Shown: positions 22,318-33,000 of the stretch, in pieces
Layout: every line of letters begins with the position of its first letter
Position numbering within the stretch: the stretch's first letter is position 1
NCBI GenBank assembly: GCA_020348445.1
Contig: CP070751.1
Span: 96,001-160,000 of the forward strand
DNA from: Thermoplasmata archaeon
GTDB lineage: Archaea > Thermoplasmatota > Thermoplasmata > GCA-020350865
Direction of reading: 5' to 3'
Length of the DNA stretch: 64,000 nucleotides
The notes under the pieces: model-generated
The model's input: the letters and a program-made list of their open reading frames with translations, nothing else
What the model was told of the DNA's origin: nothing
Database searches by the model: none
Made by a program: the position numbers and the translations under genes

Positions 22318-25300
22318 TTATTCAAATCCCCCGCTAACCTCTTCTTCCTCAGAAACCGGTTCAGTGATATCCTCCTCTGGAACAGCCTCTGCCTCTCCTT
22401 TTTCCATGACCTTTATTTCTAGTAAAAAGTCGTCAATCTTTTTATCCAAAATCAGAAAGTGGTTTTCCTCGATTTTACCCCTGTGAACGTCCTTTTTAAT
22501 GTCCTCTCTCAGGAGGATTAACTCCTCCTTACAGGTCTTGGGATCTTCCTTGTACTCGTCGAAGGTGTCTTCTATCCTTTCCATATACTGTTTGAGCTTG
22601 CCCCGCTTTTTTCTTACGGCAAGGAATCCAATCAAGAACACAATAATAGATGCTAAAACTGTTACGCCAGTAATAATTGGCTCCCACGTCTCCCAAAACG
22701 GTTTTGCTGCCTCTTCGGGTCGTTTCTCAGTATAGAAACTACTCACATATTCCTCTTCCATATGTTGTCCATTCTCATTTGTGGCATCTATAGATATTGT
22801 AAGGGTATACTTTGTATCGTAATCAAGAGGTTCGCGGGGTTTAAGAACAAGATAGTCTTCTGAACCCCATTGGGGAATAAGTTCAATATATGGCTCGATG
22901 GTGATAGCACCCTCAGTTGTATCTGGATCCATATCTTGAGTGAACTTGATTTCGATTTGGATTCCAACACCAACATCCAACTCATTCTTTTCTGGATCTA
23001 TTGTCTCTACTTCCGGCCCTGTTCCAGGTTCCGGGATAGTGGTAAACTCCCATGATGTCACTGTCCCCAGGGGATTACCAAATAAGTCCTTAGCACCCGT
23101 TCCAATGGTTACATTGTAGGTAGTAAAATAAGCAAGGTCTGAATCAGGATCGAATTTTAAAGTGTTTCCATTCCAACTAAAGGCGCCAAAAACAGATGGT
23201 AAAATCGTAAATGCACTTTGCGTTAATAATTGATTCATTGGTTCACTGAATGTGACTGTTATGTTTGTGGTTACAGCCACATTTGTACCTGTCGGGGTCT
23301 TGCCCGTAATCGATGGAGGAATTATATCCTGGGTTATTTCGATATCGATGTCATTTGATCCAGTGGGTTCTGTGGTAGTCTGGCCACTGGTGCCGTAGTA
23401 GATAATATTAGGGATTTGATCAGAGGCACTGATATAATATTCAAGTCCATCTGAAGTAACTGCTGCTCCAGGGATTTCCACTGAATATGTATCTCCGGTG
23501 TCGGCATTCATTTGCAGCGCAATATAGCTTGAATCGCTCGGTTTTTTATAATAAAGTATTACCTCATCTAAGCCACTTCCAACATCTTCAACAATTGCCT
23601 CGATTTCAATAGGCTCCCCAACTTCACCACTGGTTACAGGAGTGTGGGTTATGGAAGGCAATCCAGTATCGATATAGATGTCTCTATAACCTTCAACATA
23701 ATTTCCAGCTTTGTCGTATGCTCTTACTGTGATGTTATGAATCCCATCGGTCTGAGCCGGTATTGTGTACGGGCTTGTTTGAGTTGAAAAAGCTCCTGAG
23801 TCTATCTTTACCTCATAACGATCAATTGAACTGGTCTTATCTGTTGTAGAGAAATAAATATTAAACTGAGTTTCTGAGGTCCAGGTATCATAATCGGCAG
23901 TGGGAGTAAAACTGTAAGGGGGTGTCGAATCTATCACAAATGTCCAATAGGTGCTGTAGTCTCCCCAATCAAGAACATCATTTTGAGTGCGAACTCTCCA
24001 GTACCAGGTTCCATCATCTATATCGCCTGTGATTTGCCAATGTTCATTACTAGAGGTCTGAAGATCACTATCATAGATTATATCTGAGAAAGTGTCGGCA
24101 TCACTGATTTGAACCTGAAAACCGATTTGGGAACCGATTATATCGTTAAATCTCCAACTGAACTCAGGTGTTGTATCACTTAACAAAGAACCATCGGAAG
24201 GACTGATCAAGTCAGGTGGATATGCGAGAGTGAAGTTATAAAAAATTGTTACATCCTCCAATAAGGGTGTTAAGCTTCTGTCTGCTGTTCTTAAAAATAC
24301 TCTGAACTGCATCCATTGGTCACCATTATGGCCCGGATATATCTCCTCTCCAGGTGATGTATAATACGTATCAGAGGTTCCTCCCCTACCTATATAATTT
24401 ACTAAATCTAATCCCGATTCATCAGAGGCTGTTCGAAGTTGAAATTGAAAATCCAAACCAGAAACTGTTGTTCCGTTCCACTTAATAGCTACCCATCTAA
24501 CAGGTGCAGTGGCATCAAATGATTGCGATTCAAATACGCCTAAATAGTAATATTGACTGAAAGAGAAGTTAATGTTTTGAACACTTGGGGCAGTATCACC
24601 GTACCATTGGAATATCATCCTGTAGTAGAAGTTACCTTGTGTAAAATCCAAGGATGATAGATCAATGGAATTAAAGCCATCGTTTAACAATTGCCCACCA
24701 TCCCAATTATTTAAATCTTCAGAAAATTCAATATATATGCTTCCACTGCCAGAGGTGGGGATTGATACAGTACACTCAAAGGTAGTTAATGAAACCACTT
24801 CTTGACCTTCAAGTAAATTACTTGATATCAATTCACCGTATGTAAATTCAAGATTACCTAAAGAATCGGTTTTTAACAGCCAGACATCTTCAGCACCTGC
24901 GCCATATGAATCTGTAGTACCTGTAATTATATAACCGAAATCAGACGTCTCTGATACTGAGTAACCGTAATCATCCCTGCCTCCACCAAAAGTCTTATTC
25001 CATATCTCACTGCCTGTAGAGTCAGTTTTGATCAACCATAAATCCTCCAAGCCAGAGCCGAAAGATTTGGTCAAACCAGCAATCACAAAATCTCCATCAT
25101 TTGTTATAACAACTGATTGACCTCTATCATCATCAATGCCTCCAAAGGTCTTTTTCCATTCTTCAGATCCGTTGATATCTGTTTTAATCAACCATACATC
25201 GTAATTACCAGCACCATAGGATTTTGTACGGCCAGTGATTATAAAACCACGATCCGAAGTTTCACGAACAGAAGTACCCGCATCAGAATCGGATGAAAAT

Positions 25301-26265
25301 GCACCAAAGGTCCAATTCCAATACTCATTGCCTGAGGAATCGGTTTTAAGAAGCCATAAATCCTCCCATCCAGGTCCAAAAGACCATGTGTATCCTGTTG
25401 CAATATATCCTCCGTCTGAAGTCTGTTGTACAGAATGAAATGCATCACGCATATCTTTATGATCACCGTAAGTTCTATTCCAAAGCTCGTTTCCTGATGA
25501 GGTGGTTTTTATTAACCAAGCATCCCCCTCAGTACCTCCATAGGACTCTGTCATGCCAGCAATTATATATCCGCCGTCTGAGGTCTGATGGAATGAAGTG
25601 CACCAATCAAGTCCATTCCCGCCAAAGGTCATATTCCATTCTTCATGTCCATTTTCATCAGTTTTGATCAGCCAGGCATCAGAACCACCATTACCAAATG
25701 AATTTGTATTTGCAGCAATAATATACCCAAGATCAGAGGTCTGATGAACTGATCTTCCATAATCCCAAAAACCACCACCAAAAGTTCTGTTCCACTGCTC
25801 TATTCCATTTGAATCAGTTTTTATTAACCATACATCGCCCCATACTCCATCCCCATAACTTACTGTTTCTCCCACAAGTATATACCCATCCTCAGATGTC
25901 TGCTGAACTAAAATACCATTATCATGATCATTCCCGCCAAAAGTTCTGTTGAATTTAATTAGCCGAGCTTCACCTAAAGCAGTATCCACGGTAATATTAT
26001 CTTTGTAGCTAATTTTAGATTCATCAATAAAATCATCTTCCACATAATTGCTCTGCAAAGCAAGTTTCACCTCACCAGTAGGTGTAACTGTTACATTTGT
26101 TAAGGTTCCGCTATTGAAATCTCCCGCAGTCGTCTGCACCCAGCTCTCATCTGCAGATACATTCCCAATAAACGGCTCGTCAAAAGGTATTACCTGAACT
26201 ACAGACAATATCAGCAGTACACATATACATACTCGAAATGTTCGCCTCGCCTTGTGCCCACACAT
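22318..26265 (-). CDS. Cell-surface protein paralog 5 (1315 aa): 7-blade propeller, 1 Ig stalk repeat, 2 SbsA-like Ig domains, TM, cytoplasmic tail
   Basis: ORF track; motifs as in the other paralogs; ends SGGFE. Confidence 0.9.
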   Translation of the reverse strand: MCGHKARRTFRVCICVLLILSVVQVIPFDEPFIGNVSADESWVQTTAGDFNSGTLTNVTVTPTGEVKLALQSNYVEDDFIDESKISYKDNITVDTALGEARLIKFNRTFGGNDHDNGILVQQTSEDGYILVGETVSYGDGVWGDVWLIKTDSNGIEQWNRTFGGGFWDYGRSVHQTSDLGYIIAANTNSFGNGGSDAWLIKTDENGHEEWNMTFGGNGLDWCTSFHQTSDGGYIIAGMTESYGGTEGDAWLIKTTSSGNELWNRTYGDHKDMRDAFHSVQQTSDGGYIATGYTWSFGPGWEDLWLLKTDSSGNEYWNWTFGAFSSDSDAGTSVRETSDRGFIITGRTKSYGAGNYDVWLIKTDINGSEEWKKTFGGIDDDRGQSVVITNDGDFVIAGLTKSFGSGLEDLWLIKTDSTGSEIWNKTFGGGRDDYGYSVSETSDFGYIITGTTDSYGAGAEDVWLLKTDSLGNLEFTYGELISSNLLEGQEVVSLTTFECTVSIPTSGSGSIYIEFSEDLNNWDGGQLLNDGFNSIDLSSLDFTQGNFYYRMIFQWYGDTAPSVQNINFSFSQYYYLGVFESQSFDATAPVRWVAIKWNGTTVSGLDFQFQLRTASDESGLDLVNYIGRGGTSDTYYTSPGEEIYPGHNGDQWMQFRVFLRTADRSLTPLLEDVTIFYNFTLAYPPDLISPSDGSLLSDTTPEFSWRFNDIIGSQIGFQVQISDADTFSDIIYDSDLQTSSNEHWQITGDIDDGTWYWRVRTQNDVLDWGDYSTYWTFVIDSTPPYSFTPTADYDTWTSETQFNIYFSTTDKTSSIDRYEVKIDSGAFSTQTSPYTIPAQTDGIHNITVRAYDKAGNYVEGYRDIYIDTGLPSITHTPVTSGEVGEPIEIEAIVEDVGSGLDEVILYYKKPSDSSYIALQMNADTGDTYSVEIPGAAVTSDGLEYYISASDQIPNIIYYGTSGQTTTEPTGSNDIDIEITQDIIPPSITGKTPTGTNVAVTTNITVTFSEPMNQLLTQSAFTILPSVFGAFSWNGNTLKFDPDSDLAYFTTYNVTIGTGAKDLFGNPLGTVTSWEFTTIPEPGTGPEVETIDPEKNELDVGVGIQIEIKFTQDMDPDTTEGAITIEPYIELIPQWGSEDYLVLKPREPLDYDTKYTLTISIDATNENGQHMEEEYVSSFYTEKRPEEAAKPFWETWEPIITGVTVLASIIVFLIGFLAVRKKRGKLKQYMERIEDTFDEYKEDPKTCKEELILLREDIKKDVHRGKIEENHFLILDKKIDDFLLEIKVMEKGEAEAVPEEDITEPVSEEEEVSGGFE

Positions 26266-26330
26266 ATTAGCCCCCTCCGTGGTTGTTTATATCCTCTAGA
26301 TAAGATATAATATGAATATTTAAAATTATC
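26266..26330 (-). promoter_or_regulatory. Conserved promoter/RBS cassette, copy 5
   Basis: AGATATAATATG-AA-TATTTAAAATTATC at 26303-26330, plus a GGAGGGGG RBS. Confidence 0.75.
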
Positions 26331-26373
26331 CACAAACCTACAAATAAGCCCAAAACAAGCAAAACAAATGACC

Positions 26374-27000
26374 TTAGTCTTTCCCCTCTTCCTCTTCTTC
26401 TTCTTTGACTTCCTCCTTAGTCAATTTCTCACTTCCTCCCTTCTCAATTACTTCTTCCTCCTTCTCACCTTCCTTGAATTCCTTTATAGACCCCTCGTCT
26501 TCTTTACTTTTACCTTTCGGCTCTATGTCCCCTTCACCTTCCTCTTTAGGTTCTTCATCACTTTTGCCTTCTCCTTCAACACCTTCCTTAGCCTCCTCCT
26601 CTTCCTCTTCATCTTCCTCCTCCTTCTTCCCGAACAAGGCCTCATTCAAACGCTTAAAAGACTCCACTGTTAAGGCCAATGCAAATAAATTCACCACTGC
26701 GAAAAGGAGAAAAATCTCTGCTGCAAAGAACAAATCAGTCTCAGGTAATACCTTATCCAGGCTGTAGTGTAAGAAGAATATGTTACTCCATGAGGCATTA
26801 TGGAATATTCCATCTTCCAGGAAATAATCAAAGTCAGGTATCTCAGCCCAAATCCCCCCGACAATCCCCACAATCGCTCTTTTTTTAAGAAATTCCATAG
26901 AATTTGATACCTTGATATTCTTTGTGGCAAGCCAAAAGATAAGAAGGAATATGGGTATTGTTATTGAATAGCCCCAAAAAAAATGTGCGAAAGGCCAGAT
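26374..27000 (-). CDS. Putative membrane-bound metal-dependent hydrolase (YdjM-like) with a Glu/Lys-rich tail; the start is probably upstream of the tracked ATG (26898)
   Basis: The frame stays open for 34 codons upstream, reading (ATC)WPFAHFFWGYSITIPIFLLIFWL behind a GGTGA RBS. The N-terminal His, IPDFD and later His residues match the family pattern from recall. Confidence 0.55.
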   Translation of the reverse strand: MWPFAHFFWGYSITIPIFLLIFWLATKNIKVSNSMEFLKKRAIVGIVGGIWAEIPDFDYFLEDGIFHNASWSNIFFLHYSLDKVLPETDLFFAAEIFLLFAVVNLFALALTVESFKRLNEALFGKKEEEDEEEEEEAKEGVEGEGKSDEEPKEEGEGDIEPKGKSKEDEGSIKEFKEGEKEEEVIEKGGSEKLTKEEVKEEEEEEGKD

Positions 27001-27031
27001 ATGATCACCATACCATTTTCATCTTTCTAAT

Positions 27032-30000
27032 CTAAGCTTCATCAGGAGGGGGCGGTGGCGCCCGTTTCTTAACTTCTTTTTTAGGTTCGGGCGGTGGTAA
27101 CTCTTCAGGTGGAATAGGCGGTGGTGCAGGTGGCGGTGTCTCATCTTCAATTATTTCAAATGTTTCAGAAGGAGCCTCTGGTTCAGCCTCTTGCAATGGA
27201 GGAGGAGATGGTGGTTTAGAAGGAGCTTTCTTGGCTGGAGCCTTCTTTTTCTTGGGTGGTTTGGCTCGAGGTTGAACAGGTTTTGCAGCAGCGGGGGGGG
27301 CTTCTTCTTTTGCTATGACCTGGGGTTCTTCTTGAGGTACTGTTGCCTGCATCGCAGATTGTGCCTCAAGGGCAAGCTGAAGTTGACCCCGGGCCTGATC
27401 CAAATCATTGATCCTTGTCAACAATTTCTGGTTCCTGCTTCTCTCCTTGGCAAATAGGGCACCCAAAATCACTGCCACAATTATTCCAATCAAGGCCAAA
27501 AAGAGCCATAAAACATAGGATTCATCAGAGGTTTCTTTCCATTTTGAGCTGTCCAACGGATAATCATCATTGGCATCGGACTTACCGTCGTTGTCGTCAT
27601 CCTCGTCGGTCTTGTCCCCGATACCGTCCCCGTCAGTATCCAAAGTTTCCTCAGGATCGTAGGGAAAGTCATCTTCGGAATCGATTACACCATCATCGTC
27701 ATCGTCATCATCTATGTTGTCTCCAAGACCATCTGAATCGGTATCTACCCATTCTGTGGGATTATTAGGGAATTCATCGATATCATCCGGTACGTTGTCC
27801 TGATCATCGTCAGGATCCTCGGAATCGAATAAACCATCACCATCAGAATCTATTTCTGGTTTCGCAGAGATAATATTGGACACTGATGAGCTTAAACCAG
27901 CATCGTCAACTGCCACGATAAAGTAGCTGTAGTTCTGCCCATTAATCAATCCCGAGTGATAATAGTAGGTTACGTCATGTGAAAATGTTTCTATCTTGTC
28001 ATAAACCTGCCCATCATCGCTGAAGTACAATTCGTAATGGCTAAAGTCCTCCTCAATATTTGGATTCCAGGTGATGTTCAAGGCTCCCCCTGTCTGGATT
28101 TTTGTATAGGTAAGTCCAGAAGTAGGCAAGGGAGGTGTTGTGTCCAAAACTGTGACGAACCATGAACTTGTGTTCCAATTTCCTGCAGAATCTGTTATGT
28201 TTACGGTCATGGTATATACTCCTGGATCATCATATGTATGAGTAACAACATCATCAGAGCCAAATAACTGGTTGCCATCGCCAAAGGTAAAGTGGTACGA
28301 TACAATTCCAACATTATCATCTGATTTTGATGCATTGAACTCGTACTCCACTTCCTCATGCATAGTATCCTCAAATTCAACATTCAAAGCGGGTCTCTCC
28401 TCATCCACCAACTTCACTTCTATGGCCACGGGATCGATGTTGGAGTTTCCTTGAGCGTCGTAGACTATCAGGGTTACTATGTAATTTCCAGGCTCTGTAA
28501 AAACATGTGTCGGGGAAATCCCTGTATAATCTGGATTGTTCCAATCAATGCCGTCGCTGTTATCAATGTCCCATAGGTAAGTTACGATACCAACGTTATC
28601 GTATGAGGCCGAGGCGTCGAATGTGTATGGCGTGTCCTCGTCTATAGTGTCATCTTCCCCAGCGTCTGCAAAGGGAGGCGTTATATCCAAAACCTCGATG
28701 GTAAGGGTGTTATGGTTCCAGTTGCCTGATGTATCAGTGACGTTCAAGGTGACAAGATATACCCCAGGTTCGGAATAGGTATGCAATGGCGAGCTCCCGC
28801 TGTGATCGGGATCGTCCCAATTCAAACCGTCGTTTATATCCATATCCCATGCATAGCTAAATATATCCACATTGTCGCTGGAAGCCGAAGCGTCGAAGGT
28901 ATAGGGTGACTCCTCATTCACTATGCCATCTGGTCCTGCATCGGCATTTGGAAGGGTTATATCCAAGACCGTTATTGTCACGGTGTCCAGGTTCCAATTT
29001 CCAGAGGTGTCGGTGACATTCAAGGTTACGCTGTAAGTCCCTGGCTCGGTGTATATATGATCAGGATCCCATTTGCTTGGGCCGCTTTCATCAGGATTGC
29101 TCCAATCGATGCCGTCACTCTCGTCAAAGTCCCAGGCATAACTTGCGATATCCACGTTATCACTTGAACCAGAGGCATCGAAGGTGTACGGTGATTCCTC
29201 ATCTATGGTGGTATCAGAGCCGGCATCTGCAGTGGGTTCTGTGACATCCAACACTGTAATATGAATTTCCGCCGTGTTCCAGTTTCCTTGTTCATCAGTG
29301 ACATTGAGTGTAACTGTGTATGTACCTGGTTCAGAATATTCATGACTTGGATTGGAGCCAGTGTAATCTGGTGTCACCCAATCAAGACCGTCGCTTGCAT
29401 TAATATCCCATTTGTATTCCACGACATCCACGTTATCAAATGAGGATAAGCCGTCAAAAATGTACGGTGTATCCTCGTCTACAGTGTCATCGGAGCCTGC
29501 ATCAGCAGTAGGTGATGTGACATCCAGAACTGTAATTTGGACAGTATCTGTGTTCCAGTTTCCTTCCTCGTCTGTGACATTCAATGTTATCACATATATT
29601 CCCGGCTCGTTGTATGTATGCATGGGATTCCATAAACTTGGACCTGAGTAATCGGGACTGACCCAGTCTACTCCATCGTTTTTATCTATATCCCAGGCAT
29701 AATTTACTATACCGACATCATCAGAGGATTTTGAAGCATCGAACTGATGAGGCAAATCCTCATCAATTGTTACATCATCACCTGCATCTGCAAATGGATT
29801 GCGCGCATCTATCACAGTTATGGTCAATGAATCGGTACCGCTGTTTCCTGCCTCATCAGTAACAGTCAAAACCACAATATACACACTAGGTGTGGTATAG
29901 GTATGAGACGGATTGGGTCCTGCATCGTATGCGAAGTTACCATCTCCAAATGTCCAATTGTAGAATTCGATTACGCCCGAGTTGTCTGAAGAAAGAGAGC

Positions 30001-33000
30001 CGTCAAAAAGATAGGCTGTATCGTTGTTAACAGAATCATCGGGCCCGGCATTTGCCAAAGGATCTGTTACGTCCAAAACTCTGATTGTCACGGTATCAGT
30101 TGTCCAATAGTCTGATACATCGGTGACTTTCAATGTCGCGATGTAAACACCTGGTTCCGAATATACATGAGATGGACTCACACCCAGATAGTCGGGAGTT
30201 ACCCAATCCACTCCGTCGCTTGCATCTATGTCCCATGCATAGGTGGCGATGCCCACATTGTCATCCGAGCCAGAGCCATCGAAGGTGTGAGATGTATCCT
30301 CATCTACAGTTGCATCGTCCCCTGCATGTGCAGTTGGAGGAGTCACGTCAAGGACAGTTATGGACAATGTGTCTGTGTCCGAGTTCCCTTCAGCATCTGT
30401 TACGTTCAAGGTTACAATGTATGTGTTGGGTGTCATGTATGTGTAAATCGGATTCGGTCCTGTCCGATCAGGTGTCGCCCAATCCAATCCATCACTTGCA
30501 TTCATATCCCACGCATAGTTGAAGATTCCAACATTATCTGAGGAAGCAGAGCCGTCAAAGACAACAGGTGAACCCTCATCTGTAACATTATCAGGGCCTG
30601 CATCTGCAGATGGAAATGTGATATCAATAACAGTTATCCACACGGTATCTATACCCGAATTTCCTGATAAATCCGTTACATTCAATGTAACTATATACAC
30701 ATCAGGCTGAGCATATTCATGGGAAGGTGAAGGATCGGTTCCATTGGAATAATTTCCATCTCCAAAGTCCCAGTTGTAGAATGCAATAGAACCCGAGTTG
30801 TCGTAAGAAAGAGTACCATCGAAAGTATAAGATGTATCTTCATCTACTGAATCATTTGGTCCTGCATCTGCCATAGGGGAGGTGACGTCAAATACAGTCA
30901 CATTGAGAATGTCCATACCCCATCCTCCATCTGCGTCAATCACCCTCAGTGTGACCACATAATCCCCAGGTGTATCATAAGTCCAATTTACTTCCATGCC
31001 CATTTTATCTGGAGAGCCCCAGTCCAAGCCATCTGAATCATCAATATCCCACAAATAATCGGTAATCCCAAAATCGTCCCAAGAGAGGGAGCCGTTGAAT
31101 ACTATGGGCAAATCCTCGTCTGTAGAATCGTCAAGCCCAGCATTAGCAATTGGGGGAAGGGAATCTGTCACCGTTATATTTACTATATCGGTGGCCCAGT
31201 TTCCATTGGCATCTGTGCATTTAAGTGTGGCAGTATAAAGACCAGAAAATGTGTATATATGGGTAGGGGTGATATTTGTACCGTTGTCATAGAATCCGTC
31301 GCCAAAACTCCAGTTGTACCATACTATACCCACATTGTCCCATGAGCCTGAACCGTCGAACATGTAAAGTGTGTTCTTCATTATGGAGCCGTCTAAACCT
31401 GCATCTACATGGGGTGGCTCGTTGTCCTTTACAGTGATTTGGACTACATCCGTATCTGTTATAGTGTCAGTATCAGTGATTCTCAAAGTCACATTATAGA
31501 CACCAGGTATTGTATATGTATATGAAGGTGATATTCCAGTCAAATCAGGGGGGCTGAAGTTCACACCATCACTATCGTCTATGTCCCATTCATAGATTGT
31601 TATGCCCTCAAAATCCCAAGAACCTGATCCATTGAAGTTGTAGGGTGTTCCTGCTGAGGCTGTATCATCAGGCCCGGCATCAGCTATGGGTAGATTGTTC
31701 TGGACACTGACAAGGACTGCAGAAAGCCAATTGCTGAAACCGCCGTTTGTATCCTCAAATCTCACCCTGAATTCATAAGGTCCTTCTGGTGCGCTGGCAT
31801 CGGGTGTGAAATTCACCTGCCAGAATCCAGATGGAGCTGTGCCTATATATGTCTGAGTTCCGAGATAAGTTGTATTCCATACTGAGGTACCAGGCTCTTT
31901 GTACTGGAAGTATGGGATCAAATCCTCTTCACTGTCCTCAGGATCTGAGCCGTTGGCTGTTATGTTCACCACCTGGCCACGGTAGATATCCAAGGCAGTG
32001 GAGTCGATTTCATCGGCAGTGGGCGGTCCCGACAGGTAAATTATGACCTCCCTGCTCATATTCATTGTGGCATCTCCAGAGCCGAATGCTGTGCCGTTTT
32101 CTGCATCTATATGATGAGGAGTATAGTAAGTTGTTCCACCTGCGGTCCTGTTGAATTCCTTAACCTCCAGCCATCTAATCCAACCGTTGTTTCCCACGCC
32201 AGTACTAAGAGGTTGAGGAACTGGAGGATCAGGATTTCCGTACCAATCGTCTATCCACACATCTGCATTGTCCACACCACCTCCCATTTGCATGATTCTT
32301 ACGTGGAGGTAATTTTTCACATCTAAAAACGAATCAGCGTCTTCAACCACTGCTGAAGTTGTAGAATTATCGAAGGTGGTGTTGAGGAAAAAGACTGAGG
32401 GTGGATTACCGTAATTATCTTCGACTCTGACATCAACATCCCCTGGATTGGAGCTTTTTTCAAGGGTGCAATTTGTGATATATACATTATCGGTTGCTTC
32501 AACCCAGATATTTCTGTCATTTCTTGCTATTAAGCCACCGTCAATCAGTATCTGGCTCACCACTTCCAGATAGTACCCAGAGCCTGTATTGGCACTGTTG
32601 TGATTGTCTCTAACCTCGTTATCATAACAATAGATAAGACCAAGGGCCCACCACGAACCCACTGCGAAATGGATTCCATGCCCATCTGACGACCCTCCTC
32701 CATTGTCATAGACTACATTATCATAGACATATATGTTGTGGACCGCCGTAGCTCCAAAAATGGTATCCACGCCGAACAACCTAATTCCATCCACATTGTT
32801 GGAATAGATTTCATTATCGTAAATAAAGATGTACCGGACAGCTGAGGGACCATTTCTTCCTTGAAGCCAGATACCGTTTTCGTTGTTCAATATTTCATTC
32901 TCATGGATATCGCACAATAGAACATTGACATCTGATATATCCCCATTTATGAAGACACCCAAATTATGATTGTCTATTGTGTTGTTGAATACATCATGCA

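Noticed and set aside
1-26265. Diversity-generating retroelement acting on the propeller genes
   Set aside because: There is no reverse transcriptase and no non-coding template repeat. I saw no adenine-specific pattern in the differences, though this was not computed.
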